A DNA stretch of 64,000 nucleotides from an uncultured virus (IMG/VR IMGVR_UViG_3300009184_000002). Lineage: Duplodnaviria; Heunggongvirae; Uroviricota; Caudoviricetes. Position 1 is the stretch's first letter. Every line of letters begins with the position of its first letter. Location: IMG/VR virus record IMGVR_UViG_3300009184_000002, one strand, 5' to 3'. The notes beneath the pieces were generated by a model. It was given only the letters and a program-made list of their open reading frames with translations. It was not told where the DNA came from and did no database searches. Shown piece by piece: positions 29,879 to 39,013 of this stretch. Position numbers and translations under genes: made by a program.

Positions 29879-32188
29879 ATGAAACCAAAGACATTACCCG
29901 TTCTATTTCAGAACATACCGCTAGGATTGCGGTCAGTACCAAGATGGACACTATGGAATTATGTATTGATTGGTGAAGGCGATACCCAACGCTGGTCAAA
30001 ACTGCCAGTACAACCCACTGGCAAAGCAGCCAGTTCAACTAACGCAACAACATGGACAGACTTTCTGAGTGCAGAAGCTGCCTACTTAACTGGGAGATTT
30101 GATGGCATCGGCTTTGTGTTCACTGGGGACGATCATATTATTGGTGTCGATCTTGATGATTGTTTTGATGATGTAAGCAACCAATTCACCAATGCAGAAC
30201 TAAAGGGCATTGCAGACGGCATTCAAGGTTACATGGAAATCAGCCCATCGGGTACAGGTGTGAAAATATTTACCCTAGCTGATCTTCAAGGTGCTCATGT
30301 GGATCACGATAAGGGATTGGAGATTTACCCCAAAGGTCGGTACTTCACTGTTACGGGTCACAAACTGAGTGGTGAATTACCATCTGAGTTGCAAGACATT
30401 ACTCACCTTATTCCAGAACGAACAGTCCGCTCATCAGGCGATGCCTTTGCAGACTACAATCCACCCCTAGAAGGGTGGGACATGGCCAAGGTAGAGGCAG
30501 AGCTACTCCCACAGTTTGATCCTCACTGTGGGTACACAGATTGGCTCCAAATGGGTATGTGCCTACACCACCAGTTTCAAGGCGATCTAGAGGCTTGTGA
30601 GATGTGGGATCGTTGGTCGTATGGTGACGGCAGTGTAGTGAATTACACTACGAATGCTTGTGAGAACAAGTGGAAGACATTTAACCAAAAAGGTGGTGGT
30701 GCGACATTGCGTACACTAACCTTTAAGATCTCACAAAACAATCGTAGCGAGGCACTAGCCAAGGGTGACTTGATTCTTGGTGTAGCCCCAATGGAAAACG
30801 CTCAGACATTCTTGGACGCTAAATTCTCATGCGAAGAGGGAGTCAAACTGGTTCATTACAGTAGTGACTTCTTTGCTTACAAGGGCACACACTATGCAGA
30901 CATGGAAGAGTCTACAGTACGCTCAGATCTATACAAGTTTTTAGATCGTTGCAAAAAACAAGATCGTAAAGGTAACATCGTGCCGTTCGCACCAAACCCA
31001 GCCAGTGTGAGTGCTGCTATGGACGCTACTAAAGCATTAGTACATTTGGAGAACCATGCCAACACACGGCCACCAGTATGGCTCAATGGTTACAGTGCCA
31101 ATCGACCCGAGGCAAGCAAACTGGTAAGTTTAAAGAATGGTTTGTTTCATTTGGAAGACAACATCCTACTGCCACACTCATTAGGATTCTTCACACAAAA
31201 CTCGTTGCCATTCTCATATGACCCGTTGGCACAGTGTCCGCAGTGGTTACAATTTTTAGATGATGTGTGGTCAGAAGACCAAGAGTCAATTGATTGCTTG
31301 CAAGAAATGTTTGGGTACATTTTATCAGGGGATACACTACAACAGAAATTCTTTAATATTATTGGACCAAGACGCTCGGGTAAAGGAACAATCAACAAGG
31401 TGTTGGTTGAATTGCTCGGTCAGCATAATACTGTAGCACCAGAATTAGGAGAACTTTGTGATACCTTTGGACTTCAACCTTGGCTCGGAAAACTTTTGGC
31501 ATCTTTTACTGATGCTCGTGCTCCTGATCGTGACAGGGGTGCCGTTGTTAGTCAGCTATTACGTATTGTTGGTGGGGATACTGTTACTATCAATAGAAAA
31601 AATAAAGAAGCATGGAACGGCTACCTACCGACACGCATTGTTATTTATTCAAACGAAGTTCTTCAGTTAACAGAATCGTCTAACGCACTTACTGGTCGCA
31701 TGATCGTACTAAAAATGAGCAAGTCTTTCTACGGTAAAGAAGACACCGCTCTGTCAACCAAATTGATGGCTGAACTATCGGGCATTTTTAACTGGGCGAT
31801 GGTCGGCTTGCATAAAAGAATTGAGCGGGGTGGTTATTTTGTACAACCTACCACGGGTCAAGAGTTATTAGAAACCATGGAAGAGATGAGCAATCCGATT
31901 GGGTCATTCATCGAAGACGCTTTGGAATATGAAACGGGTGTTGAAGTAGATAAAGACGATGTATTCCTATGCTACAAACGATGGGCGGTTAAGCATGGAC
32001 TTACACCAGGAAATGATTTATCATTTAAGCGTAGATTCCTTGCAGCTACTCAAGATAAAGGTGTATCGGCAACTGCAATAAGAATCGATGGTAAGCGTCA
32101 ACACAAGTACAGTGGTATGAAACTAAACGAAAAGGCTCAAGCATTTATCAACAAGCAAACTATGTTTGATGAAGAGGAATTATTTTGA
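29879..32188 (+). CDS. Primase-polymerase (AEP) / PriCT / D5-type SF3 helicase
   Basis: IGVDLDDC, EISPSGTG, EIYPKGRYFTVTG; WLQMGMCLH..WDRWS (PriCT); GPRRSGKGT Walker A. Confidence 0.9.
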   Translation: MKPKTLPVLFQNIPLGLRSVPRWTLWNYVLIGEGDTQRWSKLPVQPTGKAASSTNATTWTDFLSAEAAYLTGRFDGIGFVFTGDDHIIGVDLDDCFDDVSNQFTNAELKGIADGIQGYMEISPSGTGVKIFTLADLQGAHVDHDKGLEIYPKGRYFTVTGHKLSGELPSELQDITHLIPERTVRSSGDAFADYNPPLEGWDMAKVEAELLPQFDPHCGYTDWLQMGMCLHHQFQGDLEACEMWDRWSYGDGSVVNYTTNACENKWKTFNQKGGGATLRTLTFKISQNNRSEALAKGDLILGVAPMENAQTFLDAKFSCEEGVKLVHYSSDFFAYKGTHYADMEESTVRSDLYKFLDRCKKQDRKGNIVPFAPNPASVSAAMDATKALVHLENHANTRPPVWLNGYSANRPEASKLVSLKNGLFHLEDNILLPHSLGFFTQNSLPFSYDPLAQCPQWLQFLDDVWSEDQESIDCLQEMFGYILSGDTLQQKFFNIIGPRRSGKGTINKVLVELLGQHNTVAPELGELCDTFGLQPWLGKLLASFTDARAPDRDRGAVVSQLLRIVGGDTVTINRKNKEAWNGYLPTRIVIYSNEVLQLTESSNALTGRMIVLKMSKSFYGKEDTALSTKLMAELSGIFNWAMVGLHKRIERGGYFVQPTTGQELLETMEEMSNPIGSFIEDALEYETGVEVDKDDVFLCYKRWAVKHGLTPGNDLSFKRRFLAATQDKGVSATAIRIDGKRQHKYSGMKLNEKAQAFINKQTMFDEEELF

Positions 32189-32394
32189 AAAAGTTAAAAG
32201 TTGTTTATGAAGAAGGGTGTTTTGATGAACTGGCGGAAGAAATGACGCAAGAAGAAATCGATGCACTAACAAAAGAAATTGAAGATTTAGCTGATAGTGG
32301 TGAGCTATTTGAAAACTCCCAACAATTATCCGAAGAAGAGTCAGACATGATATTAAGAAGACTAGACAACATGGAAAAGAATAAAAGACAATGA
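32185..32394 (+). CDS. Small acidic hypothetical protein
   Basis: 69 aa, E/D-rich. Confidence 0.55.
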   Translation: MKKLKVVYEEGCFDELAEEMTQEEIDALTKEIEDLADSGELFENSQQLSEEESDMILRRLDNMEKNKRQ

Positions 32395-32942
32395 AAAAAC
32401 TATATCGTGTTTTTAGTGTGCCTATTTTTCCAGCAAACATTTATATTTGTTTGGATGAAGCTGGGTTTAGGCAATTACTCAAAGATAAAAATGTGCCACA
32501 AAAAATAGAGTACCTTGAGGGTGGTGCTATGGCCGAGGTTCACTCAACCCCTACCGCAGACGGACGCACGCTGATATCTTTAATAATAGATCTGAGTGCA
32601 ATTGACGATTTGGATGCTACTTTAGTACATGAATCAGTACACCTTGTGTATCGCATATTTGAATACATGAATGAAGAAACCCCGGGCGAAGAGATTCGTG
32701 CTTACTTAACTGAATACATTTTTAAAGAGGTTAGAAAAATTTTAGATGAGCCTAATATTAGAAAAAGATATAGAAAAATACTTGAACAAAAGAATCAAGC
32801 AGTTATCGGGGCTCTCATTCAAATGGCTGAGCTCGGTGACGGGAGTGCCAGATCGGATAGTGATCCTAAACCAAAAAGTAATGTTCGTAGAACTAAAAAC
32901 AGAAACGGGAAAGTTATCACCAAGACAAATCCTCGTGTTTGA
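32391..32942 (+). CDS. HExxH-motif protein (putative metallopeptidase)
   Basis: TLVHESVHLV...EEIRAYL. Confidence 0.55.
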   Translation: MKKLYRVFSVPIFPANIYICLDEAGFRQLLKDKNVPQKIEYLEGGAMAEVHSTPTADGRTLISLIIDLSAIDDLDATLVHESVHLVYRIFEYMNEETPGEEIRAYLTEYIFKEVRKILDEPNIRKRYRKILEQKNQAVIGALIQMAELGDGSARSDSDPKPKSNVRRTKNRNGKVITKTNPRV

Positions 32943-33024
32943 TGAACTGGGAGAAGCTGGATTTCCAGTGCATATCTTAAGATCATACGACGATATTGAG
33001 GAGTTTATTCGTGGCACAAACTAA
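32746..33024 (+). CDS. VRR-NUC domain nuclease
   Basis: EKDIE...GVPDRIV...FVELKT..GKLSPRQ. Confidence 0.85.
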   Translation: MSLILEKDIEKYLNKRIKQLSGLSFKWLSSVTGVPDRIVILNQKVMFVELKTETGKLSPRQILVFDELGEAGFPVHILRSYDDIEEFIRGTN

Positions 33025-33706
33025 AAAAGAAATACAACTTAATACTATGTTTCGTGATGCTAGAACTAGGTCACGAAAAAACAATCTACCGTTTAATATA
33101 ACAAAAGAACATTTAAAATCCATTGCCACGGATCAGTGCCCAATTTTTAAAACTCCTTTTGAGTGGGGACATTCAGGATTAGGGAGCGGTAAATGTAAAC
33201 CTAATGGACCACAGTTAGATCGTATTGTTCCAGAGTTAGGATATGTAGAAGGAAATGTAGCATTCATATCACACAGAGCAAATAGAATTAAAGACAATGG
33301 TACAATGCAAGATCATTACGACATCGCAGACTGGATATGGGCTAACACACATGCTGGACAAAAAGAATCTACATCCGTATCAAAACAACATTCTGGCCAA
33401 AGCAGAAAAGATGGCGCATCTAGGTTTATTCCTCGAGCCAGGATTGGGCAAGACTGTAACGGCTCTCACCATCATAGCGAACAGCCCGAAAGGAAGAACA
33501 CTGATTGTGGCACCAAAAAGAGTTGCAGAATCTGTGTGGTCTCAAGAGACAACAAAATGGAAACACTTGTCGCATCTTACCGTTTCAACAGTTTTGGGGA
33601 GCCTTTCGAGACGCTTGAGCAGTTTGCAAGAAAACTCGGATGTGTATGTTATCAATGTGGAGAACATTCCTTGGTTAGTAGAGAACTGGCCAGCGAAAGG
33701 ATTTGA
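33011..33706 (+). CDS. Putative His-Me-finger (HNH-like) endonuclease
   Basis: CPIF...PQLDRIVPELGYVEGNVAFISHRANRIK. GTG start after GAGGAG. C-terminal half overlaps the helicase gene. Confidence 0.7.
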   Translation: MAQTKKEIQLNTMFRDARTRSRKNNLPFNITKEHLKSIATDQCPIFKTPFEWGHSGLGSGKCKPNGPQLDRIVPELGYVEGNVAFISHRANRIKDNGTMQDHYDIADWIWANTHAGQKESTSVSKQHSGQSRKDGASRFIPRARIGQDCNGSHHHSEQPERKNTDCGTKKSCRICVVSRDNKMETLVASYRFNSFGEPFETLEQFARKLGCVCYQCGEHSLVSRELASERI

Positions 33707-34682
33707 TTACCTCATTGTTGATGAGTCATCTCGCTTTAAAGACAGCAGTACAAAAAGATTTAAAGCTATCAAAAATGTGTTAAAAAGTTTTAAACGTCGT
33801 ATAATTCTTACTGGTACACCCACACCACAAGGGTATGGGGATTTATGGAGTCAAGTAACAATCCTAGATCTGGGGCAACGGCTGGAAACCAGCCTTACAA
33901 AGTTTAGAACTAAGTATATGCGTCCAAGTCGAGTGAATCCCCATACCCGAGTGGTGTACAACTGGGAGCTTATCCCCGGCGCTGATACAGTAATACAAAA
34001 CAAAATTGGTGACATTTGTATGTCACTTAAAGCAGAGGATTATTTAAATCTACCCAAATGTACCTATGTATACCACAGTATATCTTTAGACAAAGATGTT
34101 AGAGAAAAATATGAGCAACTTAGAAAGAATATGGTCGCTGAGATCGGTAAGAGGCAAATCACAGCTCCAACAGCAGCGACACTGGCGAACAAACTCCTCC
34201 AGTTCACATCGGGCGCTGTTTACGGAGAAGATGGAGAAGCGCAAGAAGTACACCGCGCTAAACTGGAATATCTTGAGTCGATCATGGAAGAGTCTTCCTC
34301 CCCTACGCTGGTCTTCTATCACTTCAAGCACAGCCTCAATAGGATACGTCTTCAATTCCCGCAGGCTGTGGTGCTGGACGATGACAACATTACAGCGTGG
34401 TGTGACGGCAAAATTCGTATGCTCCTTGCCCATCCCCAAAGTGGGGGAATCGGGCTTAATCTTCAGTGCAACGTTGGTGAGACGGCCCAAACGGTGTGGT
34501 TCGATTTACCATGGAGCTCAGAAAACTACATCCAGGCCAACGCACGGATTTATCGCCAAGGGCAAGAAAAACCGGTTATTATACACCATCTAACAGTGTC
34601 TGACAGCATTGACAAACATGTAGTAAAAGTATTAGAAGGTAAGATCAATTTACAAGATGCATTAATGGAATCATTAAAATGA
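33351..34682 (+). CDS. SNF2-family helicase
   Basis: LHPYQ, EPGLGKT, IVDESS, LTGTP, GIGLNLQ, QANARIYRQGQ. Confidence 0.9.
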   Translation: MLDKKNLHPYQNNILAKAEKMAHLGLFLEPGLGKTVTALTIIANSPKGRTLIVAPKRVAESVWSQETTKWKHLSHLTVSTVLGSLSRRLSSLQENSDVYVINVENIPWLVENWPAKGFDYLIVDESSRFKDSSTKRFKAIKNVLKSFKRRIILTGTPTPQGYGDLWSQVTILDLGQRLETSLTKFRTKYMRPSRVNPHTRVVYNWELIPGADTVIQNKIGDICMSLKAEDYLNLPKCTYVYHSISLDKDVREKYEQLRKNMVAEIGKRQITAPTAATLANKLLQFTSGAVYGEDGEAQEVHRAKLEYLESIMEESSSPTLVFYHFKHSLNRIRLQFPQAVVLDDDNITAWCDGKIRMLLAHPQSGGIGLNLQCNVGETAQTVWFDLPWSSENYIQANARIYRQGQEKPVIIHHLTVSDSIDKHVVKVLEGKINLQDALMESLK

Positions 34683-34969
34683 CAGAACAAGAACTAATTG
34701 TATTGATTAATGAAATAGTGTTATTGGCAACCCCATTAAACTCCAACATGGTTGATATTCAATCATTGGACGATAACCTAGCAGATACGGGCTTAGACAG
34801 CTTGGATATGCTGATGGTAGGGATATACCTTGGCGATGTCTACGGAGTCTCTGAGGACGATTTAAAGGCTATACAAGCAACTACAGTAAGACAGTTATTT
34901 GAGTACATGTGTCAACACAAAACCAAAGAACCTAAAACAATAAAAGAAGCATTGGAATCTATTCAGTGA
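34679..34969 (+). CDS. acpP: Acyl carrier protein
   Basis: Acidic 96 aa with LADTGLDSLD phosphopantetheine attachment motif and ATTVRQL. Confidence 0.8.
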   Translation: MTEQELIVLINEIVLLATPLNSNMVDIQSLDDNLADTGLDSLDMLMVGIYLGDVYGVSEDDLKAIQATTVRQLFEYMCQHKTKEPKTIKEALESIQ

Positions 34970-36072
34970 TTTACTTAACTGATTATCAAACTGCGTCTAC
35001 AACAGATACACATATGATCGAGGATATAAGCTATCCCCAGCGTGTGCATTGGTTTGCAGATACCTACGCCAGAAAAGACACTGGCTTAGTGTACGCGCCC
35101 CACAAGTTAGCAGAAAAGGTTTTAAATAAAACTCTTTTAGTAGACTTAAAAAACCGTGGTGGTAAGACAGCCTTTATTTTGGCCGCGGGTAATCAACATT
35201 TTGCCGGTATCAACCCCAAAGATTCAGAACCAAACAGTCTAGCATACGATTACAAAATGCTACCCCTCACACTAACTCAAGTGTATGCTGGTCGAATTGC
35301 CCAAGCTTGTGGTGCTGAAGATATGGTGATTACAGATGCCAGTGCCTGTGCGTCTAGCCTTAAAGTGATGATGAATGTACACGAGCTATTTGCTCTCTAT
35401 CAATTTGATAGGGTGATCGTACTGGCCGTGGAAGACGCCGTGTCCAATCCAGTATTAAAGTTCTTTGGTGAATCCAAAGCAGTACTTACTAAAGAGCAAG
35501 AAGAACAAGGCGTTTTACCATCGGCATTTGACCAAATTAATTTTGGTTTTAACATTGGTCAAGGAGCGGTATTCGCTGTATTTGAAAATGAAAAATATGC
35601 AAAGAACCCTCATGCTCGGTTGCTTGGTGCGTACAGTGCATCGGAAAGAAGTACTAACGCTATTGGTCAGCGTGAAGACGGAGAAGGATTTATTAAAGCC
35701 GCGCATGGCGCAATGTCTATATCTAAAATTAGTCCCCGTCAAATAAACATAATAAAGACCCATGGTACAGGTACAAAATCAAACAATACTGCGGAACGCA
35801 ATGCTCTTAAAACATTATTTGATCACCGCTTTGTAGCAACATCATATAAACAACGAATTGGACACACCATGGGTGCGTCAGGTTTATTGGAAACTTGCTT
35901 GCTGTTAGACAACATTAAAGATTGCCTAATAACGCCAATTAAAAACAGAACTCAGAGAGACAGTGTCTTCATATCAGATCCGTTGCATATTTTTGGACCA
36001 CAAAAAATACTTTCCTTGGCAGCGGGAATGGGTAATATTTACTCGGCAGCAATTTTTGACACACAACTATGA
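34966..36072 (+). CDS. Beta-ketoacyl-ACP synthase (FabB/FabF-like)
   Basis: Intact Cys-His-His triad: SACASS, KTHGTGT..N, SYKQRIGHTMGASG; also GFNIGQGA and AGMG. Confidence 0.88.
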   Translation: MIYLTDYQTASTTDTHMIEDISYPQRVHWFADTYARKDTGLVYAPHKLAEKVLNKTLLVDLKNRGGKTAFILAAGNQHFAGINPKDSEPNSLAYDYKMLPLTLTQVYAGRIAQACGAEDMVITDASACASSLKVMMNVHELFALYQFDRVIVLAVEDAVSNPVLKFFGESKAVLTKEQEEQGVLPSAFDQINFGFNIGQGAVFAVFENEKYAKNPHARLLGAYSASERSTNAIGQREDGEGFIKAAHGAMSISKISPRQINIIKTHGTGTKSNNTAERNALKTLFDHRFVATSYKQRIGHTMGASGLLETCLLLDNIKDCLITPIKNRTQRDSVFISDPLHIFGPQKILSLAAGMGNIYSAAIFDTQL

Positions 36073-36368
36073 GAATAACAATAAATTGCAGTAAACCTCG
36101 TTTATCGGATGAGGAGATGGATCCGATTGAGCAAGATGATGTTGATGGAGTATCGCACCACCAGTCTGAAGGGTGGTTACCATGGGATCTTGACGATCTT
36201 ATAGATATTAAGCGTATAATAGACGAGCGCATGCCTTTTAAACAAAAGCAAGTGCTAGAAGGATTTCTCGTCGGGATGAGTTTTACCGACATGGGAATGA
36301 CGGAGAAATATTGGCGGTATCATTACGACAAAGCGGTAGAATTTATTCAAGAGGAACTGGGCACATGA
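36069..36368 (+). CDS. Sigma region-4-like HTH protein
   Basis: Acidic linker followed by IIDERMPFKQKQVL...GMSFTDMGMTEKYWRYHYDKAVEFI, resembling sigma4 with a shortened HTH. Confidence 0.5.
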   Translation: MRITINCSKPRLSDEEMDPIEQDDVDGVSHHQSEGWLPWDLDDLIDIKRIIDERMPFKQKQVLEGFLVGMSFTDMGMTEKYWRYHYDKAVEFIQEELGT

Positions 36369-36550
36369 GCACATATATTATTGAACACAATTATAAGGGC
36401 AGTTATGTTATGGAGACGATTGCTGGTGTGGAAGACATTGACACGAGCATATACAAAGATTTATTGGGAATCTGGGTTTGTGATAGCCCGGAAGAAGTTA
36501 AAGCAGTCGAAGATGAACTTAAGAGGTTAAGAAATGCACGACCCAGTTAA
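36365..36550 (+). CDS. Hypothetical protein
   Basis: ORF coupled to the upstream gene by ATGA. Confidence 0.5.
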   Translation: MSTYIIEHNYKGSYVMETIAGVEDIDTSIYKDLLGIWVCDSPEEVKAVEDELKRLRNARPS

Positions 36551-36758
36551 TCATCCCAAACATTATCAAGGCAAAGTAGAGTGCATTGATGCCATTGAGT
36601 CTGCTATTGAAGGACTTAGTGGCATGGAAGCAATGTGCACAGGCAACGCTATTAAGTATTTATTTCGTTGGAAACAAAAAGGTGGCGTAGAAGATTTACG
36701 CAAAGCAAAGTGGTATATTGATAAAATAATTAATCATGAAGTGGAGTGTGGAAAATGA
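36534..36758 (+). CDS. DUF3310 (T7 gp1.7-like) protein
   Basis: DPVNHPKHY...ECIDAI...GNAIKYLFRW..KGGVEDLRKAKWY. Confidence 0.85.
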   Translation: MHDPVNHPKHYQGKVECIDAIESAIEGLSGMEAMCTGNAIKYLFRWKQKGGVEDLRKAKWYIDKIINHEVECGK

Positions 36759-37725
36759 TAGTAGAAATTGATGACGATTGTGCAGATCAAATCTTGGTGT
36801 CCAGTTTAGCTTGGGCTTATGTAAGTTTAAGTCGAGATTTAAAAAATCCAAACAAGTGGCATGAAGATGACATTGAGCATTGGAAACAATTACTACCAGC
36901 ACTTAAGTTGGTAGGTCAATGGTATAGCATTGACTTTGATGCCGAAATAAAGAAGGCAAAAAAGAAATGAAAAAGTACACACACTTTGATTTAGAAGATG
37001 CTATTTACAAAGTATGGCAAACAGCCGATGATATTGAAACATTGTTTATGTATCATGGTGACGCAGAAAAGCCAATGACAGAAGACGAAGTGGCAAACGC
37101 ATTACTTGGTTTGAAATCTTTGCATAATATGCGTTGTTGGCAGTTGATGGATATGTCAGCAAGAGTATTTGAATTAAATCAGTATTGCACTGATCCAAAG
37201 AAGTTAGCAGCAAGAGAAGCCATGCTTGGCGAGGCACTAGATTTTTTAAATACAGCAGAACCAAAAGTTAAAATGAAAGGTAAGAAAAAATGAGTGAGAA
37301 AGAGCTCCCGTCAGTAGATGACTTTGTAGTAAATTTAGAGTTTGCAGTAAAAGATGTAAACACATTATTGAATATTTTAAATATGCCAAGCCAAGCACCA
37401 GTAGTTACTTTGGCCGCGTTTATCAATGGTATCCAAATGCAAGCAGGTCCGCAAGTACAAAAAGCACAAGACAGCTTAGCGGCTGTAGCAAAGGCTCAAG
37501 ATGAACCTCAAGCAACTACTTAGAAACGCTGGCATCAGCAACAACATCATTAAGGAAGTGGAGCGTAAGGCAAAACAAACCAACGCCCAAACAGAGCAAG
37601 AGCACCAAGAAAAGGCTATGGCTATGACCAAGATGATGTTGAACGATGCCCTTCGTTATCGTAAAGAACATGGTGACAACACGCCACCATCCAAACCTAA
37701 AAAAACCATAATCATTCCAAATTAG
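36746..37725 (+). other. Four hypothetical CDSs (36746-36970, 36967-37293, 37290-37523, 37501-37725)
   Basis: Coupled ORFs, no recognised domains. Confidence 0.55.
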
Positions 37726-37756
37726 GGCGAAAAAGGTTAAAAGTTTGCATAAGTAG
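37724..37756 (+). promoter_or_regulatory. Phage-specific (late) promoter driving the TerS operon
   Basis: AGGGCG-N16-TGCATAAGTAG. Confidence 0.8.
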
Positions 37757-37827
37757 ATATGGGAGTACAACTCGTTGTGAAACGCTTGGAAACCTATTCT
37801 TACACACAACACACAGAAAGAAATAAA

Positions 37828-38085
37828 ATGAACCCATTTGAATTACGCTTTTCCGTATTTAATACAGCCAAAGATTTGATGATAAGACAACATGAAGCCA
37901 GTTTGGCTGCGTGGGACGCACTTGATAAAGCTACTAAAGATGCAACCGATTTAGCTCCTAAGTTTCCAACCATGGAAGAAATCATTGATAAAGCTGTAGA
38001 AATCAACAAGTTTGTTAGCGACGCCAATGAGCGTGAGCTAACTAAAATCGTTAAACGTGCCAACGGTATTGGCATCGTATTTTAA
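37828..38085 (+). CDS. Conserved hypothetical phage protein
   Basis: MNPFELRF...FPTMEEIIDKAVEINKFVS. Confidence 0.6.
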   Translation: MNPFELRFSVFNTAKDLMIRQHEASLAAWDALDKATKDATDLAPKFPTMEEIIDKAVEINKFVSDANERELTKIVKRANGIGIVF

Positions 38086-38119
38086 AAACTTTACAATCAT
38101 TTAGGAAAACTTTACAATC

Positions 38120-38269
38120 ATGGCAACTAAACCTGGCTTATACGCCAATATTCATGCTAAACAAGAACGCATAAAAAACGGATCTGGCGAGAAAATGCGT
38201 AAGCCAGGTGCCAAGGGTGCTCCTACAGCTAAACAATTTAAAGAGTCTGCAAAGACGGCTAAAAAGTAA
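38120..38269 (+). CDS. Small basic protein (not in ORF track)
   Basis: MATKPGLYANIHAKQERIKNGSGEKMRKPGAKGAPTAKQFKESAKTAKK, AGGA RBS. Confidence 0.65.
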   Translation: MATKPGLYANIHAKQERIKNGSGEKMRKPGAKGAPTAKQFKESAKTAKK

Positions 38270-38535
38270 TGGCAACTAAAAAGAAAAGTGTATCGCTTGC
38301 AATTGGCCGTGGTGAAAAGTTGCCAGCATCTCAGGGTGCTGGGCTTACCGCCAAGGGTCGTGCTAAGTATAATGCGGCTACTGGCTCGCATTTAAAAGCT
38401 CCACAACCAGAAGGTGGTGCTCGTAAAGACTCATTTTGCGCTCGTATGTCTGGCGTTAAAGGTCCAATGAAAGACGAGAATGGTAAACCAACACGCAAAG
38501 CCGCCGCTTTAAAAAGGTGGAAGTGTGGTAGCTAA
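38269..38535 (+). CDS. Basic protein (DUF6321-like)
   Basis: GLTAKGRAKYN...RKDSFCARM...ALKRWKC. Confidence 0.65.
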   Translation: MATKKKSVSLAIGRGEKLPASQGAGLTAKGRAKYNAATGSHLKAPQPEGGARKDSFCARMSGVKGPMKDENGKPTRKAAALKRWKCGS

Positions 38536-38911
38536 ATACACATTTAAAAAAGAGATGTGCGATAAAATGATCGAGCTGGGAAAGCTTGGTGCATCGCAAA
38601 AAATGATTTGGAGCGACCTTGGTATTACCAAAGATGTAGCCGCTGGTTGGCGTAAGAAGTACCCGGAATTTGCTGATGCTTTAGACATGGCATTGGTGCA
38701 CTCACAAGCCTATTGGGAAAGAGAAATGCTTGCCAATGTAGGTAATAAAACCTTTAATAGTCGTATTGCTGAAATAGCCTTGCGTGGTCAATTCCCAACG
38801 GATTATAGGGAACGCATGGATATTAAACAAGAAGTCAAAGCTGATGTTACAATTGATTTTGCCGGCGCAGTAGGAGATTTAATCAAACAGTTACGAGCAG
38901 TTAAAGATTAA
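38525..38911 (+). CDS. terS: Terminase small subunit (P22 gp3-like)
   Basis: KY...MCDKMIELGKLGAS...WRKKYPEFADAL...AYWE; under a late promoter. Confidence 0.65.
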   Translation: MVAKYTFKKEMCDKMIELGKLGASQKMIWSDLGITKDVAAGWRKKYPEFADALDMALVHSQAYWEREMLANVGNKTFNSRIAEIALRGQFPTDYRERMDIKQEVKADVTIDFAGAVGDLIKQLRAVKD

Positions 38912-38932
38912 ATAAAAGTTTCTCACATTATG

Positions 38933-38965
38933 AAAAAGGCTAGGCATAAAAACCTAGCCTTTTTT
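38933..38965. terminator. Bidirectional-looking terminator
   Basis: AAAAAGGCTAGG-CATAAAAA-CCTAGCCTTTTTT. Confidence 0.75.
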
Positions 38966-38975
38966 GCATAAGTAG
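38965..38975 (+). promoter_or_regulatory. Phage promoter -10 box (no canonical -35) upstream of the nuclease/SSB/RNR operon
   Basis: TGCATAAGTAG. Confidence 0.65.
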
Positions 38976-39013
38976 TTATACTCAGATAAGTTAGTTAAAA
39001 AAGGAAACCAGTT

